In this document: piece after piece, positions 19,816 to 32,500 of the stretch
Layout: each line of letters begins with the position of its first letter
How positions within the stretch are numbered: position 1 is the stretch's first letter
Origin: a virus
Taxonomy: Duplodnaviria > Caudoviricetes
DNA length: 64,000 nucleotides
Virus record (IMG/VR): IMGVR_UViG_3300032030_000005
Span: 96,001 to 160,000 of that record
Direction: 5' to 3' (one strand)
Program-made: the position numbers and the translations under genes
Notes under the pieces: generated by a model
What the model was told of the DNA's origin: nothing
The model's input: only the letters and a program-made list of their open reading frames with translations
The model's database searches: none

Positions 19816-22800
19816 TTAAACAGTTTTATCTAATACTATATCAAGTTCCATAGCATTATTGTTTATAGTTGCTGGTGTATAGAATTTAAAATAACTATCT
19901 CTAAGATCCATTGATGATTGAATTATAAATAATTTATTTACACTAATATTATCAACTGGTTTTAAAGTCATTGTTATTGTACTAGAAGGATTATTTTTAT
20001 AATGGAATAAATAATCATTATTATTGTCTGTACCATCATATATAATAGATGAAAAATAATCTTTAAATGAACGACCATCAACAATATTAGTTTCAGATCT
20101 ATTATTTAAAATAGATCTATTTTCACTATCAATCACTGAACTGTCACTATATATAGGTTTATAAAGTATATCACAATTTTCAGTATCTCTATAATTACCA
20201 ATAACATCATATTTACTATTATTTTTAATATATTTATAAAATTTTTTATTTGTTAATGATACAAATATCATTTTATATTTATATATTTCATCTATTAAAT
20301 CTTCTAATGTTGTAAATGGATTTCCACTTGAATATCCTTTAGAACCACTAATTGGACAACCAACAGTTTCAAATAAATCAAAGACCATATTTAATAAAGC
20401 AGCTTCTGAATAGGTCTGACCATCTTGAGTTTCTCGTAATTCAAGATAGTAATTAGTTTTATTTGTATTATCACCAACTATTTTATAAGTAGTTCCTGTT
20501 GATGTAATATCTTCTGTTAAATTAATACAACTTTGAATTTGCTGTCTTTCATTATCTGTCATTTCATGACCTAAATTAACATACAATATTAATTCTTTAT
20601 TGACAATTCTATTTGCAGGATTTGCAATAGTATCTTTTTCAATATATTTAGCTACATTAAAGAAAGACTCATATGTATACTGAGCGTACATCGAATATGC
20701 TTCATTTAATTCTAATTCTATATTTTCAAGTGAATTACCTTCTAATATATACTTTAAATCATCTATATTATTAGTTGTTTTGTCATTAGTTAAAATATAA
20801 GTTTCTGTAATATCATCATATGTAGGAATATAATATTTATAAGAATTATCTTCATTTATTAAATAATAAATATATTCTTTATTTACTAAATTATTGTCAT
20901 TTAAATAAGTCATATAATCTTCAGAAACTAATGGTACAAGCATAGGATGAATTCGTTTATTATAAGGAATTCTATTGACAATTACACTATTATAACTTCT
21001 TGATGGTCTAATATAGAAGCCTGTAGTTCTTGAAGTATCTTTATTAATACGGTGAGTATTATTATAATACTTAACAAAGAAATCTTTATTTTTTGTCAAT
21101 ACATTAAAATTACCATAATCATATAAGTTATTATAATTTACATCGTATTTATTAAACGAACTTGGATAATTATCAAAAATATTATCTAATGGATCAACAA
21201 TGTAACCATTTACAACACTGCTATATCCACCAAATACATTTGGATCATAGTAAATTTTTACTTCTGTATCCGTTTCCTTATCCATATCATGTGTCATAAC
21301 ATATGGTCTAATATCTCCAATAAACTGATATATTGTTGGTATTGTAAAGACATCTTCAAATGTTCCTGCAGAATAATTATAAATATGTGAATGAGATATA
21401 CCAGTATCATCTACTGTCATATATCCAATATATCTATGTAATACACCTGATATAGTTTGATCATAGTCCTGAGATGTATAATCTAAATAATATAAACCAG
21501 TACGACTATCTCTAGTGTTTTCCCAATAATTTTTAAATTCATTATCATTATCTTTACAATATACTTTATGTAAAGTAGTGTCTATAAAATACATATTATT
21601 TTGGTTCAAATATTGTTTAAGTTTATAAATTTCTGGTTGTGTATCTGGATCTGGATCTGTTGTTAATGCTGTATAAATATCATCTTCTGTTGTTAAATAC
21701 TGTAAATGATAATAGACATCATCATTATCTATTGTTGATTTAAAATAGCAAAATGATAACATTTTAGAGTCTACTGTCTTAATACTTACTTTATCATTAT
21801 TATGATAGAAATCGTAAGACTCCTTAACATATTTAAACTTCTTTTGAGAAAGTCCTAATTTGCTTGGAATAGTTTGATTTTCATATATAGCATTAAACTG
21901 ATCTGGTGTTAAACTTGTAGTACCATAAGGAAGATTATCTTCTTTTTTAAATAACTTAAATTCTACATTACAATATTTTAAATATTTTTCATCCACACCC
22001 GGATCTAAAAAACCATCAACTTTATTGTATACTGATAAACTATAAGCTACATCTAAATCTGCATTTTCTTTTCTTATATCATCTTGGAAATCTATATATT
22101 CATTTTTAGTATGAAATTCTAGATTTTCTATTAATGTTGGATCATCATCAGGACCTATTTCAATTATATCATCAGGTTCTAACTCAGGTTTTCTTCCTGA
22201 TTTATCTCTATTATAACCATCGAATATTTTAATATAGTCATTTGTAGAATCATTAAATTCAATAATATTTTTAGCATATAAAGTATCTAATGTATAAGCT
22301 TTAAATACTTCAATTAATAATCTTGCATAATCTTTAATATCAGAGAATATTATATTGAATGTACTATTATAAACTATATTATCAGTACTATTAATATAAC
22401 TTTCAATAGAAGATGATAATTCTAATAATCTATTTTCTATTTCAGTTCTACGATCGTTATCATTATTAAATTCACCAAAACTTGTTACATATGTATATAA
22501 CTCTTCATCATTAGCAACTAAATATTCTTTAAAACTATCGAATCCTTTATAAGTCTCATAATTAAAATTAGATTTAAACTTATGATTCCATAATTCTCTA
22601 AGACTATTATAAATATCTCTATTAGTAGCTTCTTTGATAAATGTCTCTAATTGTAATCTTATACTTTCATTTTTAGTGTATATATCCATAAATTCAGATA
22701 TTGTAATATCTGACTTTTTATTTTCTATATCTGTTAAACCAGTAATAGACTGACTATCATTTAAATTCTTACTAAATATTTCTTTCTTTAAAGAAGCAAA

Positions 22801-24894
22801 TAATTCTAAGAATACATATGCATTAGGATATTTTAATAAAGAGTCATTCGTAAAGAAAGTACTTTGATGTGTTCTTATAAATTTAATAAAATTCTTAAAG
22901 CCTTCTTCATTTTCATAATTAGAAATAAATTTCTTTAAATTATAATCATCATATCCATATACTTCAAATATATAGTTTACTAAATCTGTATATATTGGAT
23001 TAGCATCTGGATGATCTGTAGTTCTGTTACCTATTATAAAGTTATAGAATATATCATAATCATTATTATAATAAGTAACAAATCTAGGATTTATTACAGT
23101 ACTAGATGTTAATTCTCCATTAATAATTAAATAAGCTAAATATTTCTTGAATAATAATTTGAAATTAGGATATATATTTAAAGCTGCAATAGGCATACTA
23201 TATGAGAAGATTAAATCTAATAAATATTCAAGAGATTCTTTAAGATTATCATGTAATACATTACTATATAGATCAAAAGTTTCTTTAGCTCTCTTATATG
23301 AAATAAACTTATTATGATTATAATATTCTACAGCATTGATATATCTTGCTAAATTTAAGAATTCTTCTTTAATAATATTACCATTTAATTTAACTATTTG
23401 ATAACTATTATTATCATATGTTATATAACTTGGATTCTTATAATAATATGCAATAGTTTCAAAGGTATAGTTATCACTATAATAAAAATCTTTTAAATTA
23501 AAGTCATTATTTAAAAAATTCTTTAATTTATTATTCCATTCTAATGTACTTTCTGTTGTATCAAATCTACTATTTTCTTCATCTATTTCATTGAATATGT
23601 CATTGATAATTCTTTTTGTTTCGTCATCATTTTTATAATTACTATACCCATGAATATTATTAATGTATCCATCTCCATCTCCTTCCGGATCTATCTTATC
23701 AGCAGGTTCTCCTGTAAAATCATCATTCTTAATATATGTATAATATAAAGAGAATATTGCTAACATTGCATCATATAAGTCTATAGCTTTAGATGTAATG
23801 TTTTTATTAAAGAATCTTAATGATGTTTTTAAATTATTATTGGCATCATCTAAGATAGCTTCATTTAACAGATACATAAAGTAAGATAATGATTTACTAT
23901 TTTTAATAATATTTACAATATATTCAATTGAAATATATTTAGTGTCTAAAGAATTAAATCTCTGACATAATATTTCATTTTTAGAAGCTCTCCAGTATGG
24001 ATCATCTTCAGTAATTTCTTCAAAAGTAAAATTAGGGTTTATATCAGTATTAAGCTCTTCATTATATGGAGTCTTATAAAAATATAAATCTCCTTCAGGT
24101 TTATCTTTTGTAGGATTATATTTAACTAAACTATATTTATAAAGATTAATATTGTTAGTCATTAATACTTGTTTAATATAATCAAATACTTTGTCATCAC
24201 CTTTATCTCTTTGAAGATCATTTAGTAATTTAATTAATCTTCGTTGATAATTTAAAGGTAACATATCAAAGTAGTCTACACCATTAGAAATAAAATAGTT
24301 TTTACACTGATATTTACTAAATGTATCTACATTAAACTGGTCTTTCATTCTATTAGTAATATATCTACTAATAGCCATAAATATAAGATATACTTCAGAA
24401 AATTCTCTAAACATATCTTCTGCTTTAAATGACTTAGTTCTAGTTACATTATTCCAATAAAATAAAGCTTCTTTATAACATTTAATAAATAAATCTAACT
24501 GCTGTTCTGTTAATAAACTTTTACCATTATCATCTGTTGTATTAACAGACATTAATATATCAAAATCTTCTGCCAATCTTGATTTTAATGGATCAATATT
24601 ATAAGTCTTTAATAACCAATTATAATACTTATTACTTTCTATATATTTTACTTTAAGATTTTCTCTTTGTGTTTCATTATATTCATCTTGTTTAAGACAA
24701 GCTTTTATGTATATATTACTATTTCTAGCAGATGTTGAAGTCTCATTCTTAGTTGCAAGATCATCGTTTTTAAGTATTAAACCAGAACAATAATCAAATA
24801 AATTCTGTAATTCATCTATATCATTAGTATTTACTAAACCATACGAATATTTTTTAAATAATTCTCTACGACTTAATGTATCCATAAAAAACAC
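19816..24894 (-). CDS. Large putative virion structural (baseplate-like) protein
   Basis: 1692 aa, late promoter motif at 24910-24921, no catalytic motif recognised. Function inferred from size and context. Confidence 0.5.
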   Translation of the reverse strand: MFFMDTLSRRELFKKYSYGLVNTNDIDELQNLFDYCSGLILKNDDLATKNETSTSARNSNIYIKACLKQDEYNETQRENLKVKYIESNKYYNWLLKTYNIDPLKSRLAEDFDILMSVNTTDDNGKSLLTEQQLDLFIKCYKEALFYWNNVTRTKSFKAEDMFREFSEVYLIFMAISRYITNRMKDQFNVDTFSKYQCKNYFISNGVDYFDMLPLNYQRRLIKLLNDLQRDKGDDKVFDYIKQVLMTNNINLYKYSLVKYNPTKDKPEGDLYFYKTPYNEELNTDINPNFTFEEITEDDPYWRASKNEILCQRFNSLDTKYISIEYIVNIIKNSKSLSYFMYLLNEAILDDANNNLKTSLRFFNKNITSKAIDLYDAMLAIFSLYYTYIKNDDFTGEPADKIDPEGDGDGYINNIHGYSNYKNDDETKRIINDIFNEIDEENSRFDTTESTLEWNNKLKNFLNNDFNLKDFYYSDNYTFETIAYYYKNPSYITYDNNSYQIVKLNGNIIKEEFLNLARYINAVEYYNHNKFISYKRAKETFDLYSNVLHDNLKESLEYLLDLIFSYSMPIAALNIYPNFKLLFKKYLAYLIINGELTSSTVINPRFVTYYNNDYDIFYNFIIGNRTTDHPDANPIYTDLVNYIFEVYGYDDYNLKKFISNYENEEGFKNFIKFIRTHQSTFFTNDSLLKYPNAYVFLELFASLKKEIFSKNLNDSQSITGLTDIENKKSDITISEFMDIYTKNESIRLQLETFIKEATNRDIYNSLRELWNHKFKSNFNYETYKGFDSFKEYLVANDEELYTYVTSFGEFNNDNDRRTEIENRLLELSSSIESYINSTDNIVYNSTFNIIFSDIKDYARLLIEVFKAYTLDTLYAKNIIEFNDSTNDYIKIFDGYNRDKSGRKPELEPDDIIEIGPDDDPTLIENLEFHTKNEYIDFQDDIRKENADLDVAYSLSVYNKVDGFLDPGVDEKYLKYCNVEFKLFKKEDNLPYGTTSLTPDQFNAIYENQTIPSKLGLSQKKFKYVKESYDFYHNNDKVSIKTVDSKMLSFCYFKSTIDNDDVYYHLQYLTTEDDIYTALTTDPDPDTQPEIYKLKQYLNQNNMYFIDTTLHKVYCKDNDNEFKNYWENTRDSRTGLYYLDYTSQDYDQTISGVLHRYIGYMTVDDTGISHSHIYNYSAGTFEDVFTIPTIYQFIGDIRPYVMTHDMDKETDTEVKIYYDPNVFGGYSSVVNGYIVDPLDNIFDNYPSSFNKYDVNYNNLYDYGNFNVLTKNKDFFVKYYNNTHRINKDTSRTTGFYIRPSRSYNSVIVNRIPYNKRIHPMLVPLVSEDYMTYLNDNNLVNKEYIYYLINEDNSYKYYIPTYDDITETYILTNDKTTNNIDDLKYILEGNSLENIELELNEAYSMYAQYTYESFFNVAKYIEKDTIANPANRIVNKELILYVNLGHEMTDNERQQIQSCINLTEDITSTGTTYKIVGDNTNKTNYYLELRETQDGQTYSEAALLNMVFDLFETVGCPISGSKGYSSGNPFTTLEDLIDEIYKYKMIFVSLTNKKFYKYIKNNSKYDVIGNYRDTENCDILYKPIYSDSSVIDSENRSILNNRSETNIVDGRSFKDYFSSIIYDGTDNNNDYLFHYKNNPSSTITMTLKPVDNISVNKLFIIQSSMDLRDSYFKFYTPATINNNAMELDIVLDKTV

Positions 24895-24982
24895 CTCACT
24901 TTTATAATTTAAGTTATTGTTAAAATTAAAATTTTTCTTTTATTATATAGAAATTTTCAAATTTTATTTTTAATTTAAATTA

Positions 24983-24990
24983 TATATTAT
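24983..24990 (+). promoter_or_regulatory. Putative early promoter TATATTAT
   Basis: TATATATTATA upstream of ORF 25055. Confidence 0.6.
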
Positions 24991-25054
24991 ATTTATGTAA
25001 ATTAAAAAATAAATTTCTAAAATAATATATAATTATATAGGGGGTTAAAAATGA

Positions 25055-25825
25055 ATGTCTAATTTATATATTAAACATAATTATTTAAACAAAAATATAA
25101 AATATATAAAAAATGCAATAATAAAAGAGTATGATATGAAAAATGGTGGACTATCAATACTCTATAATAAAAATTTTATAACCAAGAAAAAGTATGAATA
25201 TTATTTAAGTTTAGATAAAAATAAAAGAAATATAGAGATTGGTTTATGGCTTAAGAAAAATAAAGAAGCTAATAAAGGATTAATGGAAGGCTTCAAAGAA
25301 GCTAGACAATTATTCTTTGAAGTTAATGAAATAACTGATAAAGATGTATTATCAATTAAAAAAGATGCTATATTTCTAATAGATAAAGAAATTAAAGTAG
25401 AACAGGTTAATGATAATTATCTATTCAGAAATAAAAATGATTATTCTAGTTATATAAATTTAAATGGTAAAGAATTCTATTATTCAATAATGGATGATAT
25501 ATTAGACGTTAAAGGATTTCAAGAAGAAGTTGTTAATATACAAAAAGATTATCTATTTAAATTTATAAAGGAATGTCTAAAATTAGATGCAGATGGTAAT
25601 CAGGAAAAATTATTAATTAAGCTTCTTGAATTTAAAGATGATTTTCTGTCTAAATCTCTAGATTATCATTATTATTATGATATTAATTATAATGGTTATA
25701 TATTTAATATGGATAATAGTTTTTTATCAATGAAAGATATTAATGAAGATATCTTGAAGAATGATTATTTAATTATGAATAATAATTTAAATATCATAAT
25801 AGAACTTATATCAAATATTTATTAA
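25055..25825 (+). CDS. Putative split DNA polymerase subunit (family B-like palm motifs)
   Basis: IKEYDMKNGG (motif A-like) and LSIKKDAIF (motif C-like) in only 256 aa; early promoter upstream. Confidence 0.55.
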   Translation: MSNLYIKHNYLNKNIKYIKNAIIKEYDMKNGGLSILYNKNFITKKKYEYYLSLDKNKRNIEIGLWLKKNKEANKGLMEGFKEARQLFFEVNEITDKDVLSIKKDAIFLIDKEIKVEQVNDNYLFRNKNDYSSYINLNGKEFYYSIMDDILDVKGFQEEVVNIQKDYLFKFIKECLKLDADGNQEKLLIKLLEFKDDFLSKSLDYHYYYDINYNGYIFNMDNSFLSMKDINEDILKNDYLIMNNNLNIIIELISNIY

Positions 25826-25919
25826 GGGATACAATGTATCCCTTTATTTTTTTGGCAAAAATGGCTTATAACAACAAAGAATTATAGCTAAACAAATTAT
25901 AAATTTTTAAATTTAATGT

Positions 25920-26450
25920 ATGTCAAAAAAAGAATTTTATTTGGTTGGGAGGAGAGTGTCTTTACTTATGTCTTTGTCATTACATTTACCACTTCCTCTA
26001 CTTTCGGCTACTACCAATCTAAGTGCATCTGAAATTATTATAAAAATTACGGAATTTATATTATCAGCTGGATTTTTTACATTTTTAGGTGTTATAGTTA
26101 GTAGTAAAAAAGAAAAAGAAATTAATACTCAATTGATAAAAAGCGAAATAGAGAAGAATTATACAAACCACTCTAAAGAATTGATGGATAGCTATCATAA
26201 TTTTACAGAATCTACAATAAAAAGATTAGAAGAAAAAGAAAGTGAAATCGAACATAAAAACGAGTTAATTGAAGAATTGCGTAATAAGGCTGAGAATTTA
26301 ACAGTTGAATTGTCTAAACTTATGTCTCAGAATGAGGTTTTAATACAACAAAATGCAGAACTTAGTTCTATTAATAATCAGTTACGAGAACAGAATAAGG
26401 AATTATTAAATAGATTAAACGAACTTACGAATAATAATGAATTAGATTAA
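25920..26450 (+). CDS. Membrane-anchored coiled-coil protein (holin-like candidate)
   Basis: Hydrophobic FILSAGFFTFLGVIV followed by a long heptad coiled coil. The real start may be downstream (GGGAGGAG SD near 25947). Confidence 0.5.
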   Translation: MSKKEFYLVGRRVSLLMSLSLHLPLPLLSATTNLSASEIIIKITEFILSAGFFTFLGVIVSSKKEKEINTQLIKSEIEKNYTNHSKELMDSYHNFTESTIKRLEEKESEIEHKNELIEELRNKAENLTVELSKLMSQNEVLIQQNAELSSINNQLREQNKELLNRLNELTNNNELD

Positions 26451-26509
26451 ACATATTATGATGGAAAAACATTTTTTAATGTTTTTCCATCTATTTATTA
26501 AATTGTGAG

Positions 26510-29500
26510 GTGAATACCGTGTCAATTCAATTTGAAAATATTCAAATATTATCATCACCATTAGTATTTGATGATGTATCATCATTTGTTATCAATTGTG
26601 ATAGCTTAGATAATTTTAAACCAGGAGATGTAACATCATTACAATATTATTCAAGTGATAATATTTATATCTATAAATATATAGATAATAGTTACTATAT
26701 ATTATTAAATCGTGAAAAAGATAATTATTTCTATAAAAACTTACAAGAATATATTACTATGGGTCAAGCAACTAATATTAGAGGTATACCTATTAAAAGT
26801 TTTTCATTATCTAATAAAAATATTAGAGTATTTTATACAGATGATAATTTTATAGATGATACTGAAGAACATACCAATCTTTCATCACTTAAAACTAATA
26901 TTGTTGGAGATCCATCAACAGAAATATTTGATAAATCAATTATTTTTGATTATGTACCTCTTAATGACAGTATTTTAGATGATAATTTAATATATAATAA
27001 CAAATCAAATGATAATTATATTTTTTTATATGCACCATTAAATGTTAATTATAAAAATCAATTTGATGTAGATGATTATATATATGAATTAAGAATTAAT
27101 ACAATACCAACTGCATTTTTTGAAGTAACTAAGACAAGTATATTAGTAAGTTATACAAATATTCTTACAGTATTACAAGTTAAAATTAATAAAGCTGAAT
27201 TTTGTAGAGTTAATGATATTTCAGATTTAAATAATTTTGTATTAACTATTAAGAATAAGACTATTACGGATATCAAAACATTATCATACTCATATTATTC
27301 ATATTTTATGAAACCATATATATCTTATGATCCTATGACAGAGACTGTTGATGATATCACTATTAATTGTAGATATGACCTTTCTATTAAGACTATTGAT
27401 CGAACAAAGGATATTACATATAATATGAATGATCCTACATTATATAGTCATAGTACGGCCCATGCAGTTAATAAGACTGCCCTTATTGATAATGACATAA
27501 CTATTACAGTAAACGATAGAGATATATGTCTAAGAGCTTTAACTTCAACATATATAGACATTAATTTAATAAATCAGTCAGGTGAATATGTATACTTACT
27601 TAGTAATAATGAAGTTAATAAAACTAATGAGTATTATAAAATGTCTGCTAAAGAAAATAATAAATCTGTATATATTTTAGACATTGATAATCCTAATTTA
27701 AGAATCAATGTAGAAAGTATAAAAGATGTTGATGAAAAAACTACATTTACATTTTCAATTAGTTTTTTAAAAGTAGAAAGTGATAAATTACCAGCTATAA
27801 ATAATAATACATTAAATAGAAATGATATAGTATCTGTTATTACAGTAAACTTTAATTTAATTATCAATGGTGCTGATAAATATGCTTTCAGTAAAGATGA
27901 ATTAGATATACTTCAAAATATATCTTCATTTAATACAAATACATTAAATACAACATTTGGCAATAGTACATTATTTACTATAGCAGCTAATGATAATATT
28001 GTATTAAATGACTCTGAATTAAACTCAGAGGAATTAAAAACTTATATTGAAAATGGTAATAAAGATTTAACATATATCAATAGTTATTTTGAATCTTTTG
28101 ATATTATATGTTATGGTGTATATATCGACCATATGATATTAAAAGATAATAATATTGGTGGTATATTCTTTAATAGGTTAAATAGTATATTAGATAATGA
28201 TGGTGTATTAGAAGATAGAATTAAAGTATGTAATGTGATTGAAAGAAATAATGTTGGTGATTTATGTAATGATGGTTTTAATGAAAAAGCATTAACATAT
28301 CGTATTGATGATGACGAAAAACGTATAGTCATTGTACCGGATGAAATGTTTAAATTATTTAATTTCTTAAATAGTACATCATATTCAGGAAGTTATTACA
28401 TAAATGATGTTACAGATGATATTATTAATGATGATAATACAACAACTGGTAAGATATATAATAGCTCATTAGCATTATATCCTTCTGCAGATTTTTCATT
28501 TGTAGCTGAAGATCAAGGACTCGATACATTTTTAACTTCAGATGCATATATAGACTATTATCCTATTAAATATAGAATAACTAAAAAGAATAATAGCGAA
28601 TTCGTATGGTCTCTTTATATTGGAGAAACATTAAGAGATCTTCAAGTTGAGAAAATTATTCATATAACTGTTAAAGAAGATGAAAATGCTAATACACAGG
28701 AAACTTCTGAAACATCTGATACTACAAATTATATTTATGATACTGATAGTGAAGTAACATTCCCTACTAATGTAATTATTAAAATATTAATGCAAACAGA
28801 TAATGGAGAAGCTATCAGTGTTGATGCAGCTAAATATATTGGTACAATTCATAATGATTCAAATTATCCAGTATTAATTAAAGATATCAGTATTGTTAAT
28901 TTTGCATCAGATGATAAATTATTTAAAGTAAACGGTACTACTTTAGCAGATGATAGCTTCATGAAATATTCTATTGAAGGAGAAACAGATTTTATTCAAT
29001 GTGATTCTCTTAATATTGGTAAATATTTAGATCATAGTGATATAACTACTTTAACTGGTAATATGTTTATATTAAAGCCTAATGGTAAAATTAATGTAAA
29101 TATTTATAATTCAACAGATCCAGAAAATTTACCAGATAATTTTGGTAAAGAAGATTCTATTATTGATTACTCATCGAGTTTAAATTATGAGTTATATTAT
29201 ATTTTAAAAAATGATGATGTTGACAATATTAATGTTCCATATACATTTAGAGAGACCGGAAATACAAATGCTACTAATATGGAAACAACATTAGCTGTAT
29301 TCCCTAAGATACCTAAAAATAATACTGATGATGCATTTTATAGATATGATAATACTGTATTAAATGTATTAAATAAAATAATCATTAAACGTTCTGCAAT
29401 ATTTAGATTAATTTTAAATAAAATGGATATAGCTACATTTTCAGAAGCAGTAAACTATAAAGCTTTTGCAGATAAAGCAATTGATTTACTTGAAAGTGAT

Positions 29501-32500
29501 AATGTAAATAAACATCCATTAGATTTAGATATGTATTGTGGTTATCCGAATATTTCATTCATGGAAATGGAAAATATCAATTACTTAGAAAGTGGTAAAA
29601 ACTTCTTATATACTAAGATATTTGATGAAATAAAGAGAACATATACTAAAAATTTATCAGGTAATGATAAAATTACTAAAGAACAACAGATAAACCAAGC
29701 TATAGGTATTCAAGTTATCGCCAAAACTAAATATAATGGTTCAGATGAATACAATATGGCAATTATTACTAATTATGTAGATTTACAAAATAATCAAAAT
29801 AATTATATGCCTAAATTAAATAGATTAAATGGCAGTTTATATCATATCTTAAAGATAGAAAATAAGCATGAAGATTTATATGATTATAGAATTGAAGTTG
29901 ATGGTAAAGTATATAATGAAGGCGATTTAATATATAATAAATATGCTAATGAAAAAGCTTTACATAAATTCAGATTATATTATAAACCTAAGTATGAAGT
30001 TATTGATAATATGGATAACTTTTATGGAATAGGAACAGCGGTAAATGTTTCATTTACTGATGAATTAGGACATTTACAAAAAGATGTACAATGTTATAGA
30101 GGTAATTTCTTCTTATATTTCAATCAAAATGGTGAAGAAGTAGCATATACAACATCAAATCCAATGTTCAATGGTAGGGATTTTTATGCTAAATCAACTG
30201 CTATATTAACAGATGATAATGCTTTTGATATCGATAAGAAAACATTCGTTGAAATTAATATACAAGAAACAGGCTCTTTAGGTTCTAATCCTGATTATAC
30301 AATGACTAATGTTGGATTTTCAGATGGATTATGCTTAAAAGAATATATTGATTATTTAGTTACACATCCTGGAGTTCAACCAAGTGAAACAGCATTAAAA
30401 TTAGCAGATTTTAACGAAGATGGTAAAATAACATATGAAGATTTAAATATTTTATATTCTGTAATGTGGGAATATGGTTGTTTAATAGGCGATGTTGACA
30501 ATCCTAATCTTGGAGTTATTAATTTAAGTTCATATGGAGTACATGATGTATATATACTGCAAAGATATATAGATGAAGTTTGTAATAATCAAAAAACTTT
30601 TGAAAAATTTATATCTGATTACAACTGTTCTCAATATAGAAAGAATTATAAAGTTTATAAAACACCTACTATGCCAAATCCAACATTACCAAATATGTAT
30701 GACGTGACAAGTCTATATGCAGCTATTCGATATATATTCATGGAAAGAATGATTAAATACAACAATAGTGTTGAAAATATGTCTGCTCATATAGATGGTG
30801 ATAGTGCTTTTTATCCAGTATTCGGTAGAAATACATTAGCTGGTAAGATAGTATTAGAAACACCATTAAATCTTAAGAATATTAATTTAATACAAAATAA
30901 AGACAATTGGATATTAGCTGATAGATTTGAAGGTTGTATTGATGGTACAAAGCCAATAGTTCCTAATTTATTAATTGATAGTGATAATAATAAAGGTCTC
31001 TTACATAAATATTCAACTTTAACAAGAGATCAATTAAAATCAATACTTAATTCTAAGAATATATTGTCAGAAATCTCATATTATGGCAATACGAATATTA
31101 TTGAATATATCTCTGATGATTTAAAATATGAAGTTAAAGGTAATTCTGGAATATCTACATTAAAAGTTCCTCGAATAGAAGAAAATAATAATAAAAACGA
31201 ATATATTGTAACTGCTTCTTCTACAGTAGAAGGTATATTCCAGATAGTTAATAATACTACTGAAAAATTAAATATTGAAATCAATCAGCGTAGACGTAAT
31301 AATACTGATTTAAACGAACCATATACTATAAGAGTTAATGAAACTCAGGTTGACAAATTAATAGTTGATAATTATCAGCCTATATATGTATTACAACCAG
31401 AATCTACATTAGAAGTATATGTACAGTTTAAAGATAATTCCATTATTGGTTCAGACTATTTTACTTTCTTAGATGTTAGAGTTCAGAATAATTATCACAA
31501 GAAATATATAGATAATAATATTAAATGGGACAGCTATTTAATTAAATTAAGAAATATTCAAAATTATGATATTAACTTTAATATTGTTAAAGATTTATTA
31601 CCATATAAATTCTACGAAGAATATGATAATGAAGAAAATAAACATCATATTTCTGAATATTATAACTTAGATACTACTAACTTCTTTAATACAGTAGATA
31701 TTAATAACTTTAATAAGAAATCTTTATATTCAACGTATATGTATTTAGATAAGTTCCTTATTTTTAATTCAGACACTGTTAAAGATAATAATGATTATCA
31801 GTTATTAATACCTGAAAAGATATTAGATAGGAAATTATATATTGGAGATCATACATTAACAATAGTAACTACTAAATTTAATGGTTTAATAAATTATCAG
31901 ACATATTATATTACATTAATAGATCAAAATGTATATGATAAAAATAATAAGATAAATTATTTTAATGATCGTTCGGAATATTATAATAGATACTTTATTA
32001 ATAATGATAGAAAGTCTATTATACCAAGAAATCCTGAATTAAATGATTATAATGATAGACAATATGAAGATGAATTATTCTTGGATTCTAATGGTAATGT
32101 ATCTATGGTTACTAAGGATTATTCTACAAGTAAAGACAATTATTATTTATATAAATTTACTGAAATAATCCAACACTATATGAACTTCTCTGACTACATT
32201 GTAGATAGCGAACAATATTTATTCGAAAAGAACTATCAAGAAGTGTTACATTATTATAATATAACAAAAAATCAATATATTGATTTCTTAACAAATGTTA
32301 ATAATAAATTAAATAAATCTACTGGTGAGATATATAATCTTATTGATAACATTCAGGAAATCTACTTCAAATCATTTGATGCTGAACTAGAAGATATAAA
32401 TGAGTATTTAAATAATGGTGAACAAACTCCATCTTCTCCATCAACACCATCTAACAATTTTAAACGCAGATTATTTAATGATGATGGTATATTATTTGAA

